The notes under the pieces are model-generated. The model saw only the letters and a list, made by a program, of their open reading frames with translations, had not been told where the DNA came from and made no database searches. From Octopus vulgaris (Eukaryota), in the NCBI GenBank assembly GCA_951406725.2, contig OX597817.1, positions 108,066,001 to 108,130,000 of the forward strand: a stretch of DNA of 64,000 bases, in the 5' to 3' direction. Below, in pieces: positions 53,668 through 64,000 of the stretch. Position 1 is the stretch's first letter. Every line of letters starts with the position of its first letter. The position numbers and the translations under genes were made by a program.

Positions 53668-55027
53668 CGAGGGGCGTTCAATAAGTAATGCCCCTGACCC
53701 ACTTCCCATAGCAGTAGAGCAACGAAACTTGGCACAGTTATTAGTCTTTTTCTACATAGGAACCACCCAAAGTTACGCGTTTCTCACATCGTTTGATGCA
53801 GCTCTGAAGACCGTTTTTGTAGAAGACCCCAGCTTGGTCCTCCAACCACGACGTGATTTCAGAAATCAAGGCTGCATCATCTGGGAAACGCTTTCCTTTC
53901 AAAAACAACTTCATGGCTGGGAAGAGGGGAAAATCAGAGGGTGCAAGGTCAGGAGAGTAGGGGGGATGGGGGATGAGTTCATAGCTGCACGCCTCTGCTT
54001 CTGATCTGGCGACACGCGAGTTGTGAACCGGAGCGTTGTCCTGCAAGAGGAGGATGCCTTTGCTGATCTTGCCCCGCCTCTTGATTTTGATAGCTTCTCT
54101 TAATTTCCTCAAAAGTGAAGCATAATAGGCTCCTGTAATTGTGGCACCCTTTGCCAGGAAATCTGTCATCAGTACTCCGTCCTGGTCCCAGAAGACTGTG
54201 AGCATGACCTTGCCAGCAGAAGGCTGCACTCTTGCCTTCTTTGGAGGAGCTGAGTCACGGTGTGTCCACTGCATTGACTAGGCTTTGGTCTCTGGATCAT
54301 AGTGATGGACCCAGATTTCATCCTGTGTAATCAGTCTTTTGAAAAATGCTGACTCATCTTCTTGGCACATCTCCAAATTCATCCTCGAGCAATCGACACG
54401 TTCTTGCTTCTGGAAAGATGTGAGCAACCTGGGAATCCATCTGCAGACACCTTTTGCATATGCAAATGGTCATGAATGATAGTTTCCACAGACCCGGTAC
54501 TAATCTTGACCTCATGGGCTATTTGGCGAATAGTTATGCGTCGATCTTCCAAAATGGCAGCCTCAACATGACGGACAGATGCCTCATCAATGGCAGAAGG
54601 GGGCGACCAGATCTGGGAGCTGTTTCTACAGAGTTCCGACCATGTTTGAATTCACGATGCCAGCGTTTTACAAGGTCATATGATGGGGCATCATCACCAT
54701 AAGTTACTTTCATTTCATCAAAAGTCTCCCGTGGTGTGCGTCCTTTCAAATACAAAAACCGGATCAAAAGTCTCCCGTGATGTGCGTTCTTTCAAATACA
54801 AAAACCAGATCACTGCTCGACACTCAACAGGCTCCATTTCACACTTGACTCAGTTCAAACACTTGTAAATCAGAAACCACAATTAGTCCAGAGCTGTAAT
54901 TTGCCACTTAATCTATAAAGATATAAATAATTGCATATATAAATAATTGCAATAATTACATGCAAAATTTCAGCTAGATCGAATAACTGCAAGTGGGTCA
55001 GAAGCATTACTTATTGAACGCCCCTCG
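53668..55027 (-). mobile_element. Near full-length mariner (DD34D) transposon with pseudogenised transposase
   Basis: 37-bp TIRs CGAGGGGCGTTCAATAAGTAATGC(CC/TT)CTGACCCACTT with TA on both sides. Transposase from ATG 54837 contains TQDEIW, QDNAPVH and YSPDLAPSD with 34 aa between the last two catalytic Asp residues. Disrupted by a TAG, frameshifts and a 46-bp duplication. Confidence 0.97.
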
Positions 55028-55551
55028 TATGCATGAATATAAAGCGAAACATACAAATCTGCACATATGCATACATACATACATACATACATACATACAT
55101 ACATACATACATACATACATACATACATACATACATACATACATAGAAACAAAAATACCCTGTTGTTGATGGTGAAATTCCATTGAAGGAGCTTTGGATC
55201 TAGGTTAGAAACCGGCTTTTTCTCTATTGACAAGAAATCTTGAAATAAAACTGAACATTTGCATACATACTGAGGCATTGGGATATGTAACACACCGCCT
55301 AAATACTCATCTTGAGAAATTAGACTACTCAAACTAGAAAAGAGAAAGCCGATTCAAAGACTACAGATCCATGCCATCACTGGAACAGTAAGAATCTGTA
55401 AGACTTTCCAGAAGTTTATTAAGTAAATATGAGCATGTCTACACATGCAACTATATGCATGAGAAAACATACATGAAAAAAAGCATACAAATCTACGCGC
55501 GCGCGCATGAATGCATACATACATACATACATACATACATACATACATACA

Positions 55552-55585
<34 letters not shown>

Positions 55586-55916
55586 CATACATGCATGCAT
55601 GCATGTTTACGGAGATCTAAGTGTTTTGATGTAAGATCGTGTGCTGAAACTAAAGCAATTGCAGAGTGGAAGATATAAATTAACAATTCAGAAACACATT
55701 ATGATCGTCTGCAGAAAAATTTACAGCAAAATATTTTGTCAGTGAAGAGATCACAGTTTCGAGCGACGAAAATGTTGATGCTAAATTACAAAGAAATGTT
55801 TTAGTGAAGTCGACGGTCTTTGTGTGTTTCGGAATGGCTAACTTATGTCTTCCACGCTGCAATCGTTGTCTCTCTGTCTCTCTGTCTCTCTCTCTACCTC
55901 CCCCTCTCCCCCTCTC

Positions 55917-56126
55917 TGTATGTATATGTATGTATATATGTATATGTATGTATGTATGTATGCATATATATATGTACGCATATATATGTATGTATATATA
56001 TATATGTATATATAGTTATGTGTATATATGTATGTATGTATATATGTATATGTATATATATGTATGTATATATATATATATATATATGTGTGTATGTATA
56101 TATATGTATGTATATATATATGTGTG

Positions 56127-56167
<41 letters not shown>

Positions 56168-56245
56168 ATGTATGTACATATATATATATATGTGTGTGTG
56201 TGTGTATATATATATACATGTATATACATGTAAATCTGCAAGTAC

Positions 56246-56307
<62 letters not shown>

Positions 56308-56360
56308 GTATGTATATGTACACACACAAACACACGCACACACACACAAACAAACAAACA
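55917..56360. repeat. Compound (TA)n/(TATG)n/(TG)n/(CA)n microsatellite, the largest of many in the window
   Basis: Seen directly. Others include 1523-1555, 5283-5322, 9045-9153, 18269-18308, 43685-43738, 55070-55145, 55514-55592 and 63691-63748. Confidence 0.98.
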
Positions 56361-57579
56361 AAAAACCTTCTAAATGGGTACAGGATAAAATAAAAACCCT
56401 GTAATAAGTGTAGTATATGTGCTACTGCTGCAGCTGTTTAATGACAGGACAGCTCTGAATGAACAGATCTGTGATCCAAGAAGTTACAGCTCTAAACATC
56501 TCGTTCTTTTGTCGGTCACATTGTAAAAGATGGTAGGGTGTAATTTGAAGACATGTGGCCGTTATTTCGTGTTGATCCACCGACAAATGCATTGTGTTTT
56601 TTATATAGTAGTACGATCGTTTATAAAATTATTCAGCAATGGAAACCTGGGAGAATGACGTCTTTAATTACAAGAAATTCAAAGATATATCCAATTGTAC
56701 AGTAATATTATAAACGATTTAATACACTGTGTTACATAAATTTTGTCTGTAATTTATTATTTTAGTAGAAAGCAATGTTTGCTCCAAGTCAAACTTTAAA
56801 GTTAATTTAATCGACTACACCCGAAATAGTTGGCTTTGAACCAATATTAGAAATCATTAAGGCAGCGAGCTGGCAGAATCATTAGCACGCTGGGCAAAAT
56901 GCTTAGTGGCATTTCGTCTGTCTTTACGTTCTGAGTTCAAATTCCGCCGAGGTCGGTTTTGCCTTTCATCCTTTCGTGGTCGATAAAATAAGTACTAGTT
57001 GGGCACTCGGATGGACGTAATCGACTTACCTCCTTGCCCCAAATTGCTGCCTAGTGCCAAAATTTGAAACCAATATTAGAAATCACTATTTTCGCGACTT
57101 CATGCATTCAAATATTTAGTAGAATTATTCAAACCTTTTACAGGAAGAAAAAAATTGCATGTCATTACACTTTTGTACATTTGGAGTAACATCAGAGATA
57201 AACCAGCTTCCGATTTATAACATTTTTAATGCAATTTTCTTATTCCAAAAGTTCTCTAGAATTAAGATATAATCTTTCAACATGTGTACTTGCCATTATA
57301 CCAAACATCAAAGAATTATTGTTCTTCATATTACCATTTACTTTTTTGTTTCTATTTATGTTGTATTTTATATGTGACCAACATTTGTAATGTTACAAGT
57401 AAAAACAATGCTTAGAGGACAAAATAACAGTCATTAATTAAAAGATATCTGTTATTTGTTCAACGACTTAGCAGTGGAAACATGATGAACCAAAAGCGTT
57501 ACAAAAAAAATTAGCTAGTTGAAAGTAAGTTGATGTATTTGTACCTGTAAACAATAATTTTGCTTTTATTTTATCGTAG

Positions 57580-57701
57580 AGGGTTCGAGTCACTCAACGT
57601 TGGCCCCAACGAAGCCAGACTCTTTGCTAAAAGGAATCAACAGTAGTCCAAATATTGAAATGATGAATGGTGGACTTCCAGAATCAGCATCTTCTCTAAA
57701 G
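57580..57701 (+). CDS. SLC4: SLC4-family transporter, exon D (variable linker)
   Basis: Acceptor TTTTATTTTATCGTAG and donor AAG|GTAGTG at 57702. A+AG gives Lys, then GSSHSTLAPTKPDSLLKGINSSPNIEMMNGGLPESASSLK. Phase 1 in and phase 0 out, exactly what is needed to link exon C to exon E. Low sequence conservation is expected in this loop. Confidence 0.75.
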
Positions 57702-58520
57702 GTAGTGTCATTCTTGTCATTGTCATCATTCGTCACTGTTGTTGTTTTTAGCACCCCTTTCAAAGAAAACAAGGTTTAGAAAGCTCCCTCAATTATTCTT
57801 ACCAGAGTTCAATCTAACCTGTCAAGATGGGTTAATTCCACAGGAATTTGCCATAAAATATGTATCTATTTATTTTTTTAACCATCGGTCATCCCTGATC
57901 AGGCTGATCTATGATCAAAAGAATTCAAGCCGACATTTTGGTAATATCTAAGGATATATTGTCCAGCCCGCCCATTCCCTTTTTTAAAAGAATGATATAA
58001 TTTTCAGGGAGATTTTGCAGCTATTACTTAGCAGGTCGAATTCCCTTACTGCCTCGCTGGTGTCTTATTGGTGGACACGTGTGTGAGTGTTCAAAGAAAA
58101 GGACAATCTAGCGGCTGTGGGTCCTACAGATGGGGACAAGTGCAAAAAAATGTGGTTATGTACATGGTGTAGGCATGAATGAATGAAGGGTATAAAGGTA
58201 TTTATTGGTTCAAAATTTAACTTGTATATTTGTTAGTCAGTGTAGTGTTTGTTCGTTTGTGTTGAAGTATAGAGGAGAAAGTACAAGGACCCTTTATGAG
58301 GTAAGCTTATTCTGTTTGTGAATGCTTTCTTTTGTTAATTCTATTGTGACATAGAGATGTCTATGGAATACGTAATGTCTTTGCGCAAAAATATTTTGTT
58401 CAAATATTTTCCAGTGACAAACCTATGTCTACACTGAACGCATAATAAGTGTAATTATTAATTACATCATTTTAGGCAACTAACCTTTTGTGCACATGAT
58501 AATTTATGTGCATATTAATT

Positions 58521-58782
58521 ATGGAGGTTATGTTTTCATTGGCGTTGGTTTGTCCATCTGTGTGCAAAATAACTCAAAAAGTTGTGAACGGTATTAGATG
58601 AAACTTGCAGGAAAAGTTGGTAATAACACAAGGAACAGATGATGAAATGTTGGTAGTGATCCGGGAATTTTTATGGTAGAGGAGTAGGGGCTAAAACCGG
58701 TTTGGGAAATTGTGCGATTTTCAGCATGCGTGGAAATGAGCTGCTTGGCGGAGGTCTACGCTCTCCGAGTGCTTTTCTACTT
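58521..58782 (+). mobile_element. Helentron/HINE-like non-autonomous element, 5'-truncated
   Basis: GGAGGTTATGTTTTC start. Subterminal CTTGGCGGAGG followed by the small stem-loop CGCTCTCCGAGTG and a T-rich end. Family assignment is from recalled architecture. Confidence 0.5.
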
Positions 58783-59339
58783 TCTTTTGTGTTAGTGGTT
58801 GTAAAACGTGTGTGTGAGTGTGTGCACATGAAACAAGGGCTTAGTGGAAGTATGCATTTTAATTGGTGTGTTGCGCTGGTGTCTCGTGTGTAATGTCACG
58901 TGTACTGATTGCAGTCGAAGTCCAGGGATAGTTTGTATATAGTTTGTCGTTGTTCATGTTAAAAATGACAGTAGCCATATATTCTAACACAGGCTGTGTG
59001 ATGGTTTTGTAGTTCTGTTGGTCCCTTTTTGGAAGCAGCGGGAGCTTTACGTATGTTAAGTGATTCGTGTGCTTTAGCTTTGGTATTTTTGATGTGTTCA
59101 GCGTTTATTATTTTGACGCTCTTTTGGTTTTCGATACATATATCTCAAAACCAAACAAGCAGGGAAAATACAAAAATAGACTTGGATACCTTGAATAAAC
59201 GGAACTAGTATGCAGACGCTTAGAAGTTGCAAAATGATCTGTCTAATAACCCTTTAGCATTTTATTATTTAAAATTTTTTTCTATGTATTGAAAAATTTA
59301 ATGGTTTTAATTGCAATACATTTGTTTAAAACAAAAATC

Positions 59340-59988
59340 GGATCTTTTCCTTTTGAACGGCAGTTTGTAACATAATTTCTAGGTAACTAAAAAATTTTAA
59401 ACTTCGTATACTGGTAGAATGTGTTTATAAAACATCATTTTCTCTTGGCTTTATTGAGAAAATTCTATAGGTTGTAACATATTTCGTCTAAAATTTCTTG
59501 CATTTCGGCAATTTTAACCAATCAATTACTTCCATTGACGTAAATAACATTCTGTGCATAATGAATATGTCCCTCGTTTAAGAAACAGATTGGGTTTATT
59601 TACATTCGTGAAGAAAAAAGATACCCTCCCCCCCCACCCCTAACCCTAACCGCAAAACAGATTGAAATGCAATAGATCGATACTAGGGTTATAATTATGG
59701 GTGACAATTTCATACGACATCGCTATAAAAAACTTAGCGGTGTCGTATGAAATTGTCACCCATAATTATAACCCTAGTATCGATCTATTGCATTTCAATC
59801 TATTTTAGATTTAGGGTTAGAGTTAGGGGTTGGGGAAGGGTATCTTTTTTCTTCACGAATGTAAATAAACCCAATCTGTTTCTTAAACGAGGGACATATT
59901 CATTATGCACAGAATGTTATTTACGTCAATGGAGGTAAATGATTGGTTAAAATTATGTTACAAACTGCCGTTCAAAAGGAAAAGATCC
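59340..59988. mobile_element. Palindromic member of the GGATCTTTTC TIR family
   Basis: Ends are GGATCTTTTCCTTTTGAACGGCAG and CTGCCGTTCAAAAGGAAAAGATCC. Inner arms ~59511-59725 and 59735-59954 pair around a ~9-nt loop and contain TAACCC/TTAGGG units. Flanks match only 5/8, so no clean TSD. Confidence 0.85.
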
Positions 59989-60530
59989 CTGAAGTCTAAT
60001 GAAGTTGTTAAAGTAACTTCGAAAGGCTTATAAATAAGATAATAATCATACCGCCGCACTTCTATAAACGTGTTACAAATTGGAGAAGATGGAGACGTGG
60101 AGATGGCATAGAATCATGGCTTAGTTGGTTGAAGCTTCGAAGTCACTGTCAATACTATTCTTGTTTAAGAATAATAAATTTGCATTTAGCACAAGGTGTT
60201 GAATAATTCTTTAGTTTAATGTAAAAAAATTTTTCATCATAATTCGACATTCGCACGCCGGACAAAACGCTTAGCGGCATGTTCTGATCTCAAATTCCAC
60301 CGAGGGTTGACTTTATCTTTCATACTTAAGAGGTTGATGAAATAAGTGCTAATCAGGCACTGGGGGTGGGGTGATCGATATAATCGATAAGCCCCTTACT
60401 CCTGAATTTCAGGCTTTGATATATCCGTCGAACCGATCCCAGCATGAAAAACGGACATTAAATGGTGATGATGATGATACATATACATCACGTGATGATA
60501 CGTTAAACTAACTTGCATATTTCACGACTT

Positions 60531-60565
<35 letters not shown>

Positions 60566-61099
60566 CTATCTCTCTCACACACACACACACACACAAACAA
60601 ATGCAAGCATAGGAGAAAGTGAATGATACAAAGAACGAGAAAGAGAGTGTGTGAGAAAGTGAGTGATACAAAGAAAGAGAGAGAGAGAATATGCTTACTC
60701 AACGCATCTTCTTCATAATCACATCACCGTAATCATCATCATCACTATCAAAACTACCACCACCACCGCCACCACTACCATCATCATCGTCGTCGTCTTC
60801 ATCATTATTGACATTGTTTGTAAAGGCGTGGAGTGAAGTTTTTGAACTTCGTGGAATTTTCTTTCGGGGTCAATGGGGAAAGCAGTTTATGAAATAATGT
60901 CGGCACTGTAACACATTCAGATATTTTATCATTTTACACTTATTTATTTAGCATGCATTCCAGTCTTTAATTAATCATACAGCTGGTATAATAAATCGCG
61001 GCTACAACGAACAACACTTAGTTTACCAGTTGAAATAAAAAGAAAGTAACCTAATTTAAAACTAATAAGTATTCGTGTTGTCGTTATTAGAGTTGCAGT

Positions 61100-61500
61100 T
61101 GTTGATGTTTAACCCCAGGTCATCCCTGATCATGCAGATAGACGTATGAACAAGGATGTATCAATCCTGGTCATCGCGTCTTTCTTATTTTTATTTTATT
61201 TTCTCAAGCGTAATGTCTCTTCGACTAAGTTATATGTCCTTCCTTTTTTTTTTAATGATGTAGGCAGGGGCGGACTGAGCTGTCGGTCAATTGGACACTG
61301 CCCGAGGGCCCGGACCTCTGAGGGCCCCGCACTTTACATGTTAACTCTACTAAAACACCCATTCAAAGTGGCTCGGTAAACAGTTATGCCCGAGTGCCCG
61401 TTATACTCTCAGTCTACCCCTGGTAGTAGGTATAATTAGGGAAGATTTGGCTGCTATTTCTTGTACATCGATTGACCATTCGGAGAATTCCTTCGTTGGC
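61100..61500 (+). repeat. Old dispersed repeat (TTTAGCCCCAGGTCAGCCCTGATC..GATTTGGCTGCTATTTC consensus), many decayed copies
   Basis: Similar strings recur at ~11480-11630, 11700-12385(-), 24990-25150, 34270-34440, 41790-41980, 45620-45810(-), 45935-46115, 48285-48440, 52170-52345, 56435-56570 and 57880-58040. Confidence 0.6.
61265..61422. mobile_element. hAT-type MITE
   Basis: TIRs CAGGGGCGGACTGAG / CTCAGTCTACCCCTG. Flanks GATGTAGG / GTAGTAGG match 6/8. Confidence 0.7.
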
Positions 61501-62027
61501 TCGTGTTACAATTGTTTGTTCTACTTGGGATTAGGATTGTATCCTGTGATGCTACATTTTTGCTTTCATACAAGTTGGACTGGAGAAACGTGAAATGAAC
61601 GACAATATTAGTGTTTTGTAAACACATATTTACATGTATGGTTTACTTTCGTGTCACCACGAAATGAACACCAAGTAAGGATCGTGGAATTTAACTAGAG
61701 GTTTCAAAAAAGGCTTACATTGTTCAGTTGCATATCTTAGTTGTTACGTGTATTGTGTCGTTTATTCATGCCAATGTGCGAGTGGTGTGTGTGGTGGTGG
61801 TGTGTATGTGTGGTAGGTAGTAAGAGACTCTTAAGAAGACCTGAACAACAGAAACGTCCTCAGTAATGTCTCTCCCGTGCAAATGTTTTGGCCCTTAATT
61901 CCTACCTTCTAAAGGGACTAAACTGCAAAATTATCATGACTCATGATACTTCTCTGTTACTACATATTTTGCTACTGTTTACACTGCACCCCTCCTGGGT
62001 ATTTAAGATATACCAGAGCGGTATGAA

Positions 62028-62260
62028 GGCGGCGAGCTGGCAGAATCGTTCGCACGTCGGGCGAAATGCTTAGCAGTATTTCGTCTGCCGTTACGTTCTG
62101 AGTTCAAATTCCGCCGAGGTCGACTTTGCCTTTCATCCTTTTGGGGTCAATAAATTAAGTACCAGTTAAGCACTGGGGTTGATATAATCGACTTAATCCC
62201 TTTGTCTGTCCTTGTTTGTCCTCTCTATGTTTAGTCACTTGTGGGTAGTAAAGAAATAGG
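62028..62260 (+). mobile_element. tRNA-derived SINE, family A (GGCGGCGAGCTGGCAGAA head), long-tail form
   Basis: B box GAGTTCAAATTCC and central GTCGACTTTGCCTTTCATCCTTT.GGGGTC.ATAAA..AAGTACCAG. Other copies at 7786-7940(-), 26424-26822(-), 28164-28600(-), 32225-32735(-), 35118-35540, 35776-35965, 50166-50350, 56861-57070 and 60250-60420. Confidence 0.88.
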
Positions 62261-63265
62261 TATACTAGAGCCAAGGTACATTAAGTGTCATAACCAGTTC
62301 AGTGTGAAATACCAGTTGACTGTAGGGAAAAGTATGCCTTCTAAAAATTCGCTTCCATTCCACCCTGACCAGACCAAAAGTAAATACATAAATTTTCATG
62401 TGACAGAAAGCAAATAGAAGAAAATACTTGTTGCTGGGTGGTAGAGTGAGAAAGAAAGAAATATACTGTTCTGTTGCTAGGAAGAATTAAAGGAATATAA
62501 AAAAACTGCCAGAGACACATTCTGTTTTGATAGGAAAATAAGAATTACAACTTTAAATCTACTGATTATGATGTTTATTTTCTCATTTTCTGAGGACAGA
62601 TAGGGATTCCACTATTTGTTGTTTCTGTCATTGAGCTGTCATTAATAGATACTGGTATTGCTGTGTTACTGTTTAGCTGGTCAGGGTTTGGCATGGCTGG
62701 CAATTATTGCACCATAGCTGGCACTGTAATTTTCTATCTGAAGTGAAGAGACAAAGGAATCCTGTGTGGAAAAAATTTAAACTTCAAACTGAGGAAAATA
62801 GGGTCACTAAACCATAAAGATAACAAAAAAAAAATTAAATAAAAATAAAAAATAAAAAGAAAGAAACAACTGGTGTATACCATAGTGTTAGCAGTATGTT
62901 ATATTTGCAGTAGGCTGAGTGACTTTATAGAGACGCCTGCCTTGCATTGTATAACATACAGTATATGTTGTTTCTGCTAATGTTGTTTTTATACTAATTT
63001 TCTGTGTAAATTAATATTTAAATATTTAATCACAATACCAACTAATGCATGATGTGCAAATTAGTCTAGCTATTTCTGATAAGTACCAGTTTGTGACTGA
63101 TTTAAATAGCAATTGATATGAAATTCTCTTCATATGTAAGGGGCACTGATTTTTTAACAAGTGATCACCCACCTATGGTTTCATAGGCAATCTCCTCAAT
63201 AAAAAAACTTTATCAACATTTGTTTACTTTACATAGGCATTACAAAATGTACAGTTCTATATTTA

Positions 63266-63385
63266 AGGCTCAAAATTTCCCCAAGACACCTGATGAAGGC
63301 TACAGGGTACATCAGCCAAAATGTTGTGTTAACAACAAACAAGAAGAGGACAAATATCCGTCAAATGTAAACAATGTAAATAATT
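63266..63385 (+). mobile_element. Degenerate second copy of the 21.9-kb hammerhead module
   Basis: AAATTTCCCC..GACACCTGATGAAGGCT..CAGCCAAAATGTTGTGTTAACAACAAACAAG..ATATCCGTCAAATGTAAA aligns to 21866-21983. CGAAACG has mutated to CAAAATG. Confidence 0.8.
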
Positions 63386-63688
63386 ACAAAAGTAATCTAA
63401 CTACATTAAATTTATCTTAAAATTTCCTAATATTTATCTCCTCTCTTTCTCTTTCAATGTATCTGATAATTGCATTAGTACTCAGTTATAAAAAAATTCA
63501 GTGTTGAAGACCAAGTGCTGTGTTTTCATAAATGGGTTGATTTTTACCTTCTTACAATATGGTCACTGTTCTTTCTGCAAAGTAAATGTTCATTAAGCTT
63601 CATTAGAGAAGTTATCTCTAATTGCAGCTAAAAACATTTGCTTTGTGCTGAAACAACAGTAGCATGTTGTAAGAATATGAATAAACCC

Positions 63689-63730
<42 letters not shown>

Positions 63731-63801
63731 ATATATATATATATATATACATAGTTGTGAATATCCTAGTGAGCTAAGGTATATTTTGTTTATTTTTTCA
63801 G

Positions 63802-64000
63802 CTGAATGAACAATTTATGAAGAAGATACCTACGGGAGCAGAAGTGGCAAATATTTTGGTTGGTGAAATAGACAGTCTTAAATATCAAGTGACGGCTTTC
63901 ATCAGACTCCAGCATCCAAGATTAATGGACATGGCTGAAGTGCCGCTTCCAACTCGGTTTGTTTTTTTCTGTTTGGGACCACCTGGAAGTCATGGGAAGG
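63802..64000 (+). CDS. SLC4: SLC4-family transporter, exon E (runs off the window end)
   Basis: Acceptor TATTTTTTCAG (AG 63800-63801), phase 0. Translates LNEQFMKKIPTGAEVANILVGEIDSLKYQVTAFIRLQHPRLMDMAEVPLPTRFVFFCLGPPGSHGK, matching the band 3 cytoplasmic-domain pattern FMKKIP.GAE..N.LVGE....AF.RL...EVP.PTRF.F..LGP. Confidence 0.97.
   Translation, partial: MNEQFMKKIPTGAEVANILVGEIDSLKYQVTAFIRLQHPRLMDMAEVPLPTRFVFFCLGPPGSHGK

Noticed and set aside
55354-56393. Long ORFs of 110-189 aa on both strands
   Set aside because: They are translations of (TA)/(TATG)/(CA) microsatellites that lack stop codons, not proteins. The same applies to most short ORFs in the track.
59636-59830. Interstitial telomere
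   Set aside because: Only 2-3 TTAGGG units per arm, all internal to the TIR element.
1-64000. CRISPR arrays, operons, rRNA, intact autonomous transposase or RT genes
   Set aside because: No regularly spaced repeat-spacer array or rRNA-like sequence was seen, the DNA is eukaryotic and largely intronic, and all TE coding remnants carry stops or frameshifts.

Overview
AT-rich, repeat-dense eukaryotic genomic DNA. The SINE families and microsatellites resemble those I recall from Octopus (coleoid cephalopod) genomes; this is an inference, not a search result. The window lies mostly inside one + strand gene, an SLC4 (band 3-type anion exchanger / Na+-coupled bicarbonate transporter). Five exons of its N-terminal cytoplasmic domain can be joined with GT-AG boundaries and matching phases (8045-8183, 38043-38203, 52631-52834, 57580-57701, 63802 to window end). 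The non-coding DNA holds three mariner relics, four GGATC-ended TIR elements (three with perfect 8-bp TSDs, Merlin-like), hAT MITEs, three non-autonomous Helitrons, R4/Dong and RTE LINE fragments and many tRNA-derived SINEs. The most unusual signal is a set of about five unrelated type I hammerhead-ribozyme-bearing elements (Penelope pLTR / retrozyme-like). These include a head-to-head palindromic tRNA-promoter plus hammerhead unit (21552-21994), a ~300-bp tandem-plus-inverted array, a long-stem-II hammerhead inserted in a SINE, and palindromes whose fold-back point falls inside the ribozyme core. Nearly all ORFs in the supplied track are spurious or TE-derived.
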